Source of the DNA: Christensenellaceae bacterium 44-20
Lineage (GTDB): Bacteria; Bacillota; Clostridia; Christensenellales; Christensenellaceae
Direction of reading: 5' to 3'
DNA length: 64,000 bases
Assembly: GCA_041223705.1 (NCBI GenBank)
Contig: JBCLQU010000001.1
Location: forward strand, 1,094,054-1,158,053
Below, in pieces: positions 20,023-29,589 of the stretch (within the stretch, counting starts at the first letter, position 1; every line of letters begins with the position of its first letter). Both the position numbers and the translations under genes were made by a program. The notes under the pieces were generated by a model. That model had not been told where the DNA came from. It worked only from the letters and a program-made list of their open reading frames with translations, and did no database searches.

Positions 20023-20448
20023 TCAAGCATCCAGCTGGGAAGTGCAGTGCGGGCAGCGCGTAGCATCCTCCGCAATCTCGCTTCTGCAGTAGGGGCAAAG
20101 CCGCGGCTGTTTTTCCTGCGCCTCTTCCTGCTCCTCCTGCCGCTCTTTTTTGCGGTGCAGGGAGTTGAGCATCTTCGTGATGCCAAAAATCACCAGCGCG
20201 ACCAATAGGAAGTTGATCACTGCCGTCAGGAACGCGCCGTAATTGATGCTTGTGCCGCCCAGCGGAATTGTCAGATCCGAAAAATCCATCATACCACCGG
20301 TAATCAGCCCCAAAATCGGGTTGAGCAGATCCGAAACCAGCGAATTTACGATGGCCGTGAACGCGCCGCCGATGATCACACCAACGGCCATATCCATAAC
20401 ATTGCCGCGGGAGATGAAATCCTTAAATTCCCCAAATATCTTTTTCAT
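20023..20448 (-). CDS. mscL: large-conductance mechanosensitive channel MscL with C-terminal zinc-ribbon extension
   Basis: [23 protein letters not shown]...[18 protein letters not shown] is canonical MscL. A tail CPYC...CPHC is appended. The ATG at 20448 has RBS AGGAAG. Confidence 0.85.
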   Translation of the reverse strand: MKKIFGEFKDFISRGNVMDMAVGVIIGGAFTAIVNSLVSDLLNPILGLITGGMMDFSDLTIPLGGTSINYGAFLTAVINFLLVALVIFGITKMLNSLHRKKERQEEQEEAQEKQPRLCPYCRSEIAEDATRCPHCTSQLDA

Positions 20449-20609
20449 TCGTATGCTTCCTTTCCGAAACACTCTTTTTTCTATTTTATCTGAAAATGCG
20501 CCGCCTGAAAAGCCCTGCCCGCGCGAAATTTTGCTTTGCGCCTTGGCATTTGCCCGGTTTGTTTGCTATAATGGAAGGGCACGCAAAACGAAAGGAAATT
20601 TGAGGAAAA

Positions 20610-22361
20610 ATGAAGAAAAAGAAGAAAGGATATCTCCGAAGGTTTTTGCCATACTACGGCCATCATAAAGCGGCGTTTTTGATGGATCTGTTCTGCTGCG
20701 CCTTTACCGTCGCCGCAGAGCTGATTCTGCCGCTCATCGCGCGCTATATCACCTCTGCCGCCGGAGACGACCCCGCCGCGCTTTCGGCTTCGCTCATTAT
20801 CAATATCGGCCTGTGCTATCTGGGCCTGCGGCTGCTGGATGCCCTGGCGGAATTCTATAAATCCTCCTTTGGGCATATCACCGGCGCCCAAATCGAGGCG
20901 GATATGCGCCGGGATCTCTTCGCGCATATGCAGCTGCTCTCGTATTCCTACTACGACAACACCAAAATCGGCCAGCTCATGAGCCGCATCACTTCGGATC
21001 TCAACGACGTTACCGAGTTTGCGCATCATTTCCCGGAGGAACTGCTCTCGGCTGTGCTCAAAATCGGCATTTCCTTTGCCATTCTGGCGAATACCAACCT
21101 GCCCATGACGCTGATCATCTTCTCGATTCTGCCCGTCATGCTGTTCTGCACGCTCTCCTTCCGCTTCAAAATGAAACGGGCGTTCCAGGAGACCCGGCAC
21201 CATCTGGGCGAGATCAACGCGCAGGTGGAAGACAGTCTGCTGGGTATCCGGGCCGTCAAGAGCTTTGGCAACGAGCAGGTGGAATCCAAAAAATTCGGGA
21301 AAAACAACCACAGGTTTTTAAGCATCAAGCGCCGCTCCTATCTCTATATGGGCGGTTTCTCTGCCACTTCCCGCTTCTTCGACGGGCTGATGTATATCAC
21401 GGTTGTGGTATCCGGCGCGTTCTTCCTCAAGGCCGGGAAAATTGACGCCGGAGATTTCACGGCTTATCTGCTGTATGTCAGCGTATTGCTCACGGCCATC
21501 CGCCGCATCATCGAGTTTATGGAGCAGTTCCAGCGGGGCATCACGGGCATCGAGCGGTTTTTTGAGGTGATGGATGTCCCGGTGGAAAACTACGACGCCC
21601 CGGATGCTCTGCCCATCTCGGATGTCAAGGGCAGTATCACCTTCCAAAACGCCGGTTTCCGGTATGCGCCGGATCAGGAATATGTGCTGAAGGATATCAA
21701 TCTGGAAATCGCGGCCGGGCAGAACGTGGCCCTGGTCGGCCCTTCGGGCAGCGGCAAGACGACGCTCTGCCATCTCATCCCCCGGTTTTACGACCTGACG
21801 GAAGGCAAAATCCTGTTAGACGGCACGGATATTCAGAAAATCCAGCTGCATTCCCTGCGGGATCATATCGGAATCGTCCAGCAGGATGTCTATCTCTTCT
21901 CGGGCTCTGTCTACGACAACATCGCCTATGGCTGCCCGGGCGCCAGCCGGGAGGATATCATCCGGGCGGCCAAGCAGGCGGGCGCGCACAGCTTCATTTC
22001 GGAGCTGGAGGACGGCTACGATACCTACGTCGGCGAGCGGGGCGTCAAGCTCTCGGGCGGGCAGAAACAGCGCATCTCCATCGCCCGGGTTTTCCTGAAA
22101 AACCCGCCTATCCTGATTTTGGATGAGGCGACCTCGGCGCTGGATAACGAGAGCGAGCATATCGTGCAGCAGTCTCTGGCCGCGCTGGCCAAGGGGCGGA
22201 CGACGTTTACTATCGCGCACCGGCTTTCCACCATTCAGGGCGCAGATCTGATTTTGGTGCTGACGGAAGAGGGCATCGCAGAGCAGGGCACGCACGAACA
22301 GCTCCTGCAAAAGCACGGGATTTATCACGACCTCTATTCCCTGAGCACACAGCAAAAATAG
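20610..22361 (+). CDS. ABC transporter ATP-binding/permease fusion (MsbA-like exporter)
   Basis: 583 aa with an N-terminal 6-TM domain, Walker A GPSGSGKTT, signature LSGGQKQR and Walker B ILILDEATS. Confidence 0.9.
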   Translation: MKKKKKGYLRRFLPYYGHHKAAFLMDLFCCAFTVAAELILPLIARYITSAAGDDPAALSASLIINIGLCYLGLRLLDALAEFYKSSFGHITGAQIEADMRRDLFAHMQLLSYSYYDNTKIGQLMSRITSDLNDVTEFAHHFPEELLSAVLKIGISFAILANTNLPMTLIIFSILPVMLFCTLSFRFKMKRAFQETRHHLGEINAQVEDSLLGIRAVKSFGNEQVESKKFGKNNHRFLSIKRRSYLYMGGFSATSRFFDGLMYITVVVSGAFFLKAGKIDAGDFTAYLLYVSVLLTAIRRIIEFMEQFQRGITGIERFFEVMDVPVENYDAPDALPISDVKGSITFQNAGFRYAPDQEYVLKDINLEIAAGQNVALVGPSGSGKTTLCHLIPRFYDLTEGKILLDGTDIQKIQLHSLRDHIGIVQQDVYLFSGSVYDNIAYGCPGASREDIIRAAKQAGAHSFISELEDGYDTYVGERGVKLSGGQKQRISIARVFLKNPPILILDEATSALDNESEHIVQQSLAALAKGRTTFTIAHRLSTIQGADLILVLTEEGIAEQGTHEQLLQKHGIYHDLYSLSTQQK

Positions 22362-22374
22362 CAAAAGTGCAAAA

Positions 22375-22409
22375 ACGCCGTCAGGAAAACCTGACGGCGT
22401 TTTCTATTT
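22375..22409 (+). terminator. rho-independent terminator after the ABC exporter gene
   Basis: ACGCCGTCAGG-AAAA-CCTGACGGCGT followed by TTTCTATTT. Confidence 0.75.
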
Positions 22410-22486
22410 GAAAAACTCCGGCCCATGCCGCTCTGCCTCTGCTCCCTACCCCTGCGGCCGCACAGCTCCCGCGCTCCCCCGCCTCT

Positions 22487-22933
22487 CTATTTCAGCTTCT
22501 CGTTCATCTTCCGGATGCTGCGCCGGATGGCGAAATAGTTGCCCAGCCAGATAGCCAGAAAGATGAGCAGGTAGATGCCAAAGTAAATCAAAAAGCCCGC
22601 CAGGCTGTGCTGCATCCAGTAGAGCAGGTAGGCGGTGGGCATCATGGCCAGGCTGGTGGCAAAAAGATAGGCCGCCGTCTGCCGGGCAATGCTCCAGCGC
22701 TCTATCTCCCAGATCATCGAGCTCGCACCAAAAGCCGCGCCCAGCACCGCGCAGAGCGCCGCCTGCAAAAGCACCGCCCCCATCTCGCTGCCCATCCGCG
22801 CGGCAAGCTCCGGGGCGCAGGGCAGGTATTCCCCGCTCCCCCAGCCCAGCGACAGCAGAACCGTCATCGCATATCCAATTAAAATTCCCACGGGCATCCC
22901 AACGATGCCGCGCAATACCGCTTTTCTTTTCAT
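22487..22933 (-). CDS. DUF3021 family membrane protein
   Basis: Four predicted TM helices. It partners with an upstream LytTR gene, as is typical for the LytTR+DUF3021 module. The ATG at 22933 has RBS GAGGTGGAG. Confidence 0.65.
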   Translation of the reverse strand: MKRKAVLRGIVGMPVGILIGYAMTVLLSLGWGSGEYLPCAPELAARMGSEMGAVLLQAALCAVLGAAFGASSMIWEIERWSIARQTAAYLFATSLAMMPTAYLLYWMQHSLAGFLIYFGIYLLIFLAIWLGNYFAIRRSIRKMNEKLK

Positions 22934-22941
22934 GCTCCACC

Positions 22942-23382
22942 TCACAGCCCCAAAATCTTCTTGATTTTCGAGACATACCTTCTGGAGACATAAGTCGTCT
23001 CGCCATTTTTCATCTGCACGCAGATGGTCCCCGCAATGCTCAAATCGAAGCTCTCTGCCTCGCCCAGATTGATGATTTCCGAATTGGAGATGCGGGCAAA
23101 GCGGCGCGGATCCAGCCGTTCCTCCAGCTCGTAGAGCCGCATCCGAAGCGCATATTGCCCGCGCCGGGCAGAGGCGAATACTTTGCCGCCCTGGGCAAAG
23201 ACCCGGATCAGCTCGGCTGGCTCCAAAATTTCCAGCTTGCCTTGCTTCTGCCCGGTGATCATCTGCATATCCTGCCCGGATAATTTTTTGAGCAAAGCGT
23301 CAATCTGCTCCGTCATTTCTGCCGCCATAACGACGATCCTCGGCTCGGCGCACCTGGGATCTATTTTTAACTCCACCTGCAT
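22942..23382 (-). CDS. LytTR family DNA-binding protein (stand-alone)
   Basis: LytTR-domain features near the C-terminus (FARISNSEIINL, YVSRRY). The second ATG (23382) is preferred on RBS spacing. Confidence 0.7.
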   Translation of the reverse strand: MQVELKIDPRCAEPRIVVMAAEMTEQIDALLKKLSGQDMQMITGQKQGKLEILEPAELIRVFAQGGKVFASARRGQYALRMRLYELEERLDPRRFARISNSEIINLGEAESFDLSIAGTICVQMKNGETTYVSRRYVSKIKKILGL

Positions 23383-23545
23383 TGCCATACCTCCCTGCCC
23401 CTATATCATAAGAAACCGCGCCCGGCTGCGCAATCACCTTTTGCTATTTGGTTTGTTTTTGCGCATACATGGTCGCTTGCAGGAATTCCCATGCCGCCCG
23501 GCGAATCCATTCTCGTCTCAATTTGTAAACTGGAAGGGAACAACC

Positions 23546-24181
23546 ATGGCATTCGATTTTAAAAAGGAAGAGCGGGCGCTCTATCAGCCCAAAACACAGC
23601 CGGGCATCGTCGAGGTCCCCCGGATGAACTATCTCGCCGTGCGCGGCCAGGGAGACCCAAACCAGAAGGGCGGCGCATATCAGCAGGCCATCTCGCTGCT
23701 ATACGGCGTGGCCTATACCATCAAAATGAGCTATAAGGGCGATCATCAAATCCCGGGATTTTTTGAATATGTCGTCCCGCCGCTGGAAGGGTTCTGGTGG
23801 CAGGAAGACGGCGCGGCCATGGATTACGGGAAAAAAGATCAGATGCACTTCATCTCCCTGATTCGCCTGCCCGCATTTGCCACGCCGCAGGAGGTCGAAT
23901 GGGCCAAGGAGCAGGCGGCGAAAAAGAAAAAGATGGATTGTTCCAGCGTGGAATTTTTGAGCTATGAAGAAGGGCTGTGCGTGCAGTGTATGCATATGGG
24001 CTCTTACGACGATGAGCCGGCCACCGTCCGCGCCCTGCACGAATATGCCGCCGCAAATGGCTATGCGGTAGATATCACAGACGAGCGGTTTCACCACGAG
24101 ATCTACCTGAGCGATCCCAACAAATGCGAAGTGAGCAAGCGCAAGACAGTTCTGCGGCTTCCCATCCGAAAAATAGAATAG
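23546..24181 (+). CDS. GyrI-like small-molecule-binding domain protein
   Basis: 211 aa. GyrI-like/AraC-effector-binding fold features (YLAVRGQGDP, FEYVVPPLEGFWW). The ATG at 23546 follows GGAAGGGAA. The ORF track's upstream 120 codons have no support. Confidence 0.65.
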   Translation: MAFDFKKEERALYQPKTQPGIVEVPRMNYLAVRGQGDPNQKGGAYQQAISLLYGVAYTIKMSYKGDHQIPGFFEYVVPPLEGFWWQEDGAAMDYGKKDQMHFISLIRLPAFATPQEVEWAKEQAAKKKKMDCSSVEFLSYEEGLCVQCMHMGSYDDEPATVRALHEYAAANGYAVDITDERFHHEIYLSDPNKCEVSKRKTVLRLPIRKIE

Positions 24182-24189
24182 GAGAAATC

Positions 24190-24942
24190 ATGAACAAAAT
24201 CGAACCCACTATTTTTGACGCGCTTTTGCAGCAGCTCGCGCTGGACTACGCCTGCGAGCCGTCGGATTTTCTCCGCCCAGATTGCACTGTTGTTCCCTTC
24301 CGCGCGCTGCCCGGCCGCCGGCAGTTTGGCCCGGAGCCCCCTTTTTGGCAGATGGCGACGCTGGGCAAAGGTGCCGTGCTCTGCGTGCACCCCTGCATTT
24401 TGGAGGAATGCCGGCGCATCTGCCAGGGCAAGCGGGGCATCTGGCTCTTCGAATACCCCAATCTGCGCCAGTTCGATGAGCTGCTCCGCCCACATGGGTA
24501 TGCCGTCTTTGGCAGTTTTCACCACTATCTGCCCGGCGCCTGCGAGGCGGCTCCTGCGCCGCGCCCAAATACCCGCTGGTTCGAGCAGGAGGAGATCACC
24601 AAAGAGCGGTTTGGCGATGCGTTTCCCAACGCCCTGGGCTTCGACCCTGGCCGCCCGGATGTGCTGGCCGGGGCGCTCTATCAGGGAGAACAGATCGCCG
24701 CCCTGGCCGGGGCCAGCGCCGACTGCGCACAGTTCTGGCAGATCGGCATCGATGTTCTGCCAGAGTTCGAGCGCCAGGGCATGGGCAAATACCTGGTCGC
24801 ACTGCTGCGCCAGGAGATCTTCCGCCGGGGCAAAATCCCCTATTACGGGACGTCCGAAGCCAATCTCGCCTCCCGGGGTATCGCCGCCGCCACAGGTTTC
24901 GTCCCTGCCTGGGCTGAAGCCGCCTGCAAAAAGGAGAAATAG
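24190..24942 (+). CDS. GNAT family N-acetyltransferase-like protein
   Basis: The ATG at 24190 follows AGGAGAAATC. The C-terminal half carries the GNAT motif A region (QGMGKYLVALL). The N-terminal half is unrelated. Confidence 0.6.
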   Translation: MNKIEPTIFDALLQQLALDYACEPSDFLRPDCTVVPFRALPGRRQFGPEPPFWQMATLGKGAVLCVHPCILEECRRICQGKRGIWLFEYPNLRQFDELLRPHGYAVFGSFHHYLPGACEAAPAPRPNTRWFEQEEITKERFGDAFPNALGFDPGRPDVLAGALYQGEQIAALAGASADCAQFWQIGIDVLPEFERQGMGKYLVALLRQEIFRRGKIPYYGTSEANLASRGIAAATGFVPAWAEAACKKEK

Positions 24943-25118
24943 GTGCGCTTTGAGCCATCCGAACCCAAACAGGCTGCAGTTTTGCGGCCTGTTTGGGTTC
25001 AGTCCAGACAATTTGGAGACCGCGCGGGCATGAGAGAAGGGCATATCCTTTTATTTGATGGATGAGATGGCCACTCCCGCCCGGGGGTTCTTTGCCCGGC
25101 GCGCACGATTCCAAGCAA

Positions 25119-25160
25119 AAATGCCGCACAGCATAGCGCCGCGGCATTTTTTATTTTCTG
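25119..25160 (+). terminator. rho-independent terminator (plus strand), about 180 nt downstream of GNAT gene
   Basis: ATGCCGC...GCGGCAT stem followed by TTTTTTATTTT. Confidence 0.5.
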
Positions 25161-25338
25161 CGATTTTTGTAGTTTTTTCGCGCTGTACGGGCATATGCGC
25201 TCAACGCTGCCTGCTTACCGCCGGCCCCGCTTTTGGCCGCACCAGCCCGAAGCGCGTTTTTATCAAGAGCCGCGCCGGCCATGCCGCGCGGTTCTTTCGC
25301 GCCCAAATTTTCTCCGCATCCCGCGGATTTTCGCCATC

Positions 25339-25369
25339 AAAAGCGCCGCAGGGAATTACCCTGCGGCGC
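25339..25369 (-). terminator. rho-independent terminator of alaS
   Basis: GCGCCGCAGGG-TAATT-CCCTGCGGCGC followed by TTTTGAT on the minus strand, 25 nt after the alaS stop. Confidence 0.75.
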
Positions 25370-25392
25370 TCTATCTCTGGTTTGGAGCAGGA

Positions 25393-27192
25393 TTATTCCT
25401 CCTGCCCTTCCAACACGGCCTTAATCCGGCGCACGCCAGCCGAAGAGCTCTGCTCTTTCTTAATTTTGAAGCGCCCCAGCTCGCCGGTATGCGAAGCGTG
25501 CGGGCCGCCGCAAATCTCCTTGCTCCAGCCCTCCACCGTATATACCTTGACGACATCGCCGTATTTGGATTCAAAGATGCCTGTCGCGCCCTCCTGCTTA
25601 GCCTGCTCCACGCTCATCTCCTGGCAGACGACGGGCACATCCTCGCTGATGGCCTGGTTGACAAACGCCTCCACCTGCGCCAGCTCCTCTTTGGTTACCG
25701 GGCGAGGGAAGTTGAAATCGAAGCGCAGACGCTCGGCTGTGATGTTGCTGCCGCGCTGCTGAATATCCGGAGAGAGAATCTTCTTGAGGCCGGCCAGCAG
25801 CAGGTGCGTCGCGGTATGCAGGCGCGCCGTCTGAACGCCGGTATCCGCCAGGCCGCCCTTGAAGCGCTGCTCTGCGCCCGCGTGAGAGAGCTCCTGGTGC
25901 TTTTTAAACGCCGCCTCGTATCCTTCCCGATCCACCTGGAAGCCGCGCTCAGCCGCCAGCTCCTCAGTAAACTCGATGGGGAAGCCGAAGGTGTCGTAAA
26001 GGCGGAACGCGCTCTTGCCCGGAATGACCGGCTCTTTGAGATACGTCGCCAGCTTCTCAAACTCCTTCATGCCCTGCTTGATGGTCTTCTGGAAACGCTC
26101 CTCCTCCAGGTTCAGCTCGGAGAGGATGCGCTCCCGGTTGGCCCGAAGCTCGGGATAAACCTCGCCGTACTGGCCAATCACCTGCTCTGCGATGAGATGC
26201 AGCTTGCCCTCCTCGATGCCCAGGCGGCCGGCAAAGCGGATGGCCCGGCGGATGAGGCGGCGCAGGATATAGCCCTGATCCGTGTTGGAAGGCGTGATGC
26301 CCTTTTCATCGCCCATCATGAACGTCGCACAGCGGATATGGTCGGCCACGATGCGGAACGCCCTGGTCGTCTCCTCGTCGCTGCCGTATTCCTTGCCCGA
26401 AAGCTCTGCAATTTTGGCCAGAATGCCGCTGAAGACATCCGTATCGTAGACGGATTTTTTGCCCTGCAAAATGCAGATCGTCCGATCCAGCCCCATGCCC
26501 GTATCCACGTTTTTATGCGCCAGAGGCTCGAACGTGCCGTCCTCTTTCTTGTTATACTGCATGAACACGTCGTTCCAGATCTCCAGATACTTGCCGCAGC
26601 TGCATGCCGGGCTGCAATCCGGCCCGCAGGCAGGCTTGCCCGTATCGATGAACATCTCGGTATCCGGCCCGCACGGCCCGGTTACGCCGGCCGGCCCCCA
26701 CCAGTTGTGCTCTTTGGGCAGGAAGAAGATGTGATCCTCCGCCACGCCCTGCTCGCGCCAGTAGCCGAAGGATTCCTCGTCTCTGGGCGCATTTTCATCG
26801 CCGGCAAAGCAGGTAAAATACAGCTTTTCCTTGGGAATGCCCAGCCACTGCTCGCCCGTCAGAAACTCAAAGCTCCAGGAAATCGCCTCTTTTTTGAAAT
26901 AATCCCCCAGCGACCAGTTGCCCAGCATCTCGAAGAACGTGCAGTGCGAAGCATCGCCGACTTCGTCAATATCGCCCGTGCGCACACATTTCTGAACGTC
27001 CGTCAGCCGCGTTCCGGCCGGGTGCTTCTCGCCCAGCAGATAGGGAACCAGCGGATGCATGCCCGCGGTGGTGAAGAGCACGGTCGGGTCGTTTTCGGGG
27101 ATGAGTGACGCCGACGGGATGACGGCATGGCCCTTGCTCTTAAAAAATTCCAGATACAGCTTTCTCAGCTCATTGCTCGTTAATGTTTTCAC
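25393..27192 (-). CDS. alaS: alanine--tRNA ligase, short form lacking the C-terminal C-Ala/DHHA1 domain
   Basis: 599 aa. Has the class-II catalytic core (MKTLTSNELRKLYLEFFKSKGHAVIPSASLIP...), the tRNA-recognition domain and the editing-domain Zn motifs (HTATHLL, CGGPHASHTGELG). It ends about 30 aa after the CxxxH motif. Confidence 0.85.
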   Translation of the reverse strand: MKTLTSNELRKLYLEFFKSKGHAVIPSASLIPENDPTVLFTTAGMHPLVPYLLGEKHPAGTRLTDVQKCVRTGDIDEVGDASHCTFFEMLGNWSLGDYFKKEAISWSFEFLTGEQWLGIPKEKLYFTCFAGDENAPRDEESFGYWREQGVAEDHIFFLPKEHNWWGPAGVTGPCGPDTEMFIDTGKPACGPDCSPACSCGKYLEIWNDVFMQYNKKEDGTFEPLAHKNVDTGMGLDRTICILQGKKSVYDTDVFSGILAKIAELSGKEYGSDEETTRAFRIVADHIRCATFMMGDEKGITPSNTDQGYILRRLIRRAIRFAGRLGIEEGKLHLIAEQVIGQYGEVYPELRANRERILSELNLEEERFQKTIKQGMKEFEKLATYLKEPVIPGKSAFRLYDTFGFPIEFTEELAAERGFQVDREGYEAAFKKHQELSHAGAEQRFKGGLADTGVQTARLHTATHLLLAGLKKILSPDIQQRGSNITAERLRFDFNFPRPVTKEELAQVEAFVNQAISEDVPVVCQEMSVEQAKQEGATGIFESKYGDVVKVYTVEGWSKEICGGPHASHTGELGRFKIKKEQSSSAGVRRIKAVLEGQEE

Positions 27193-27202
27193 GTTTCTTC
27201 TC

Positions 27203-28606
27203 CTATTTCTCCTGCGGTTCTGCCGCCAGTTTTACAATCGCGTTTGCCAGGATCTGCGTCAGATCCAAAAGCTCGCGCATCTCTAAAAATTCATTGGGGC
27301 CATGCTTGCCGTTCTCCTTGCCCACGGGCAGCGGCCCAAATGCCACAGACTGCTCAAACGCCCGGGCGTAAGTCGCCCCGGCCGTGCTCATGCACTCGGC
27401 TTTTTTGCCCGTGCAATCCTCGTAAACTTCCTTGAGCGCGGAAACCAGCTCGCTCTCCTCGGGGACATAGTGCCAGGGCTGGGCCTGAATTTGCTCAAGC
27501 TTCATCTGCTCGGCCTCGAAAGCCGCCCGCAGTTTCCGCTCAATTTCCTCTCCCTGCATACAGATGGGATAGCGGCAGTCCAGCGTCCCCCAAATTTCCC
27601 TGCCGTCGAACTTGAGCATGCCCAGGTTGAGGGTCAGCGGGCCGGTCAGCTCGTCCTCACCCGCGATGCCCAGTCGCGCGCCGTCGTATTCCGTGCCCAG
27701 ATGCTTGGCCAGAGAATAGACAAACTGCTCGGCCGCGCCGTCTGCCAGCGGCAGAATATTGAGAAAGGCCACCAGGAAGCTCAGCGCATTGACGCCCAGA
27801 TGCGGCCGGGCGCCATGGGCAGCTTTGCCATAGGCCGTCACACGAATATCGCCGTCCTGCCCTGAAACTTCCAGCCTCGCCTCCGCGCCCTCGGCAAAGA
27901 CCTCCGCCATCTGCGCGATGAGCCGGATGGGCGCGCCGCCCAAAACGCAGCTTGCCATAGCCGGGACGACGTTGGGCCGCTCTCCGGCATCGATGCGTTT
28001 GATATAGATGGCTTTTCCCTCCTGAATGCCTGCCGGGCGGGAAAGCCGCAGTTCCAGCAAACCCTTTTCCCGGTTGACGATGGGAAACCCGCCATCCGGG
28101 GAGATGACCAGCTCCGGGTCTGGCTCATGCTGTTTGAGATAGGCAATATCGCCCCAGCCGCTTTCCTCATCGCAGCCAAAATAGATGCGCACGGTTCTCT
28201 TCAGCCGATAGCCCGCGTCCTTCACCAGCTTCAGCGCATAAAGCGCGGCGATGGCAGGGCCTTTGTCGTCTGCCGTGCCCCGGCCATAGAGCCGCTCTCC
28301 CTTAATGCAGAGCGAAAAAGGCTCGCTCTCCCAGCCGTCTCCCGGCGGGACAACATCCAGATGCGCCAAAATGCCCAGAGTCTGCGCGCCGCCGCCCGCC
28401 TGGGCATAGCCGATATGCCCTTCCAGATTTTTGGTTTCAAAGCCCATGCCCTCTGCTTTTTCCAGCATATAGCAAAGCGCATCATACGGCCCGCTTCCAA
28501 AAGGCTTGCCCGGCTCCGGCGCGCCTTTCAGGCTCTCGATGGCGACCAGCCCGCCCAAATCCGCGCACATCTGGCCTCTCACTTTTTCTACCGGAAACTG
28601 TATCAT
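27203..28606 (-). CDS. M20-family dipeptidase (PepV/Sapep-like)
   Basis: HLDVVPPGDGW and GRGTADDKGP metal-binding motifs. About 468 aa from the ATG at 28606 (MIQFPVEK), which has RBS GAGGGAAGGA. Confidence 0.85.
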   Translation of the reverse strand: MIQFPVEKVRGQMCADLGGLVAIESLKGAPEPGKPFGSGPYDALCYMLEKAEGMGFETKNLEGHIGYAQAGGGAQTLGILAHLDVVPPGDGWESEPFSLCIKGERLYGRGTADDKGPAIAALYALKLVKDAGYRLKRTVRIYFGCDEESGWGDIAYLKQHEPDPELVISPDGGFPIVNREKGLLELRLSRPAGIQEGKAIYIKRIDAGERPNVVPAMASCVLGGAPIRLIAQMAEVFAEGAEARLEVSGQDGDIRVTAYGKAAHGARPHLGVNALSFLVAFLNILPLADGAAEQFVYSLAKHLGTEYDGARLGIAGEDELTGPLTLNLGMLKFDGREIWGTLDCRYPICMQGEEIERKLRAAFEAEQMKLEQIQAQPWHYVPEESELVSALKEVYEDCTGKKAECMSTAGATYARAFEQSVAFGPLPVGKENGKHGPNEFLEMRELLDLTQILANAIVKLAAEPQEK

Positions 28607-28783
28607 AATCCTTCCCTCTTGCGCTCCCCAAAAAGCCCGGGAAGCCATAGTTTCACATATGAAATAGTATATTATTTTGCCGGCGCGGTTGTCAACTGCT
28701 GGCGGAAACTGATTTTTTCTTTTATGTAGGAATCTGTCGCTTTGCCCCGAATAATTATAACACAGTTCTTTTAGGAGGCTAAG

Positions 28784-29545
28784 ATGAGTTTACACGACGG
28801 GCATCGGGATAGAATGCGGGATCGCTTTTTGCAGACGGGGTTTGAAGGGATGGAGGATCATGAAGCGCTGGAGCTCATTTTATACTACTTCTTTCCCCGC
28901 ATCAATACCAACACCATCGCGCACCGCCTGATTGAGACCTTCGGCTCTTTTTACGGTGTGCTCTCGGCAAACCCGCTGGATATCGAGAAAGTGGAGGGCA
29001 TGGGCAGAAAATCTGCCGTGCTGCTGGGCGTCATCGCCGAGGCCGGGCGCAAATATTTTTCCGAATCCAAAAGCGCAATGCGGCTGCCCACGCTGCGCGC
29101 CGCCGCGGAATATATCTGCCCGCTCATGTATGGCCTGGCAAACGAGCGCTTCTATCTCTTCTGCCTCAATTCCAATTTCACGCTGGTGCACCGCGAGAAG
29201 GTGGGCGAAGGCAGCATCGACAGCGTGCCCGTCTATACCCGGCGCATCGCGGAGATCGCGCTTCGGCATTCGGCCTCGTATGTCATCCTATCGCATAACC
29301 ACCCAGGCGGCGATCCCCGCCCCAGTAAGAAGGATATTTCCATCACTTTGGAGATCATCGGCGCGCTTCGGCCGCTGGGCATCGGCATCTGCGATCATAT
29401 CATCGTCGCCGACAAGGCATACTACAGCTTTCTGGACAAGGGCAACCATATCCACACGCTGGAAAGCCGTGGCATGGCCGTCGCGGCGGAAGACAGCCTG
29501 AGCTATTTGCAGCTCATGTCTCCCGAAAAGCAGGATGAAGAGTAG
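28784..29545 (+). CDS. radC: RadC-family JAB-domain protein (UPF0758)
   Basis: HhH N-terminus and JAMM motif HNHPGGDPRPSKKD. RBS AGGAGG. Confidence 0.85.
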   Translation: MSLHDGHRDRMRDRFLQTGFEGMEDHEALELILYYFFPRINTNTIAHRLIETFGSFYGVLSANPLDIEKVEGMGRKSAVLLGVIAEAGRKYFSESKSAMRLPTLRAAAEYICPLMYGLANERFYLFCLNSNFTLVHREKVGEGSIDSVPVYTRRIAEIALRHSASYVILSHNHPGGDPRPSKKDISITLEIIGALRPLGIGICDHIIVADKAYYSFLDKGNHIHTLESRGMAVAAEDSLSYLQLMSPEKQDEE

Positions 29546-29551
29546 CAAAAA

Positions 29552-29580
29552 AGAGCAGGCATCCGCCTGCTCTTTTGCAC
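29552..29580. terminator. bidirectional terminator between radC and the SASP gene
   Basis: AGAGCAGGC-ATCC-GCCTGCTCT flanked by an A-run and a T-run. Confidence 0.7.
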
Positions 29581-29589
29581 CATTTCTGG

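Noticed and set aside
25195-27108. 637-aa plus-strand ORF
   Set aside because: Antisense to alaS.
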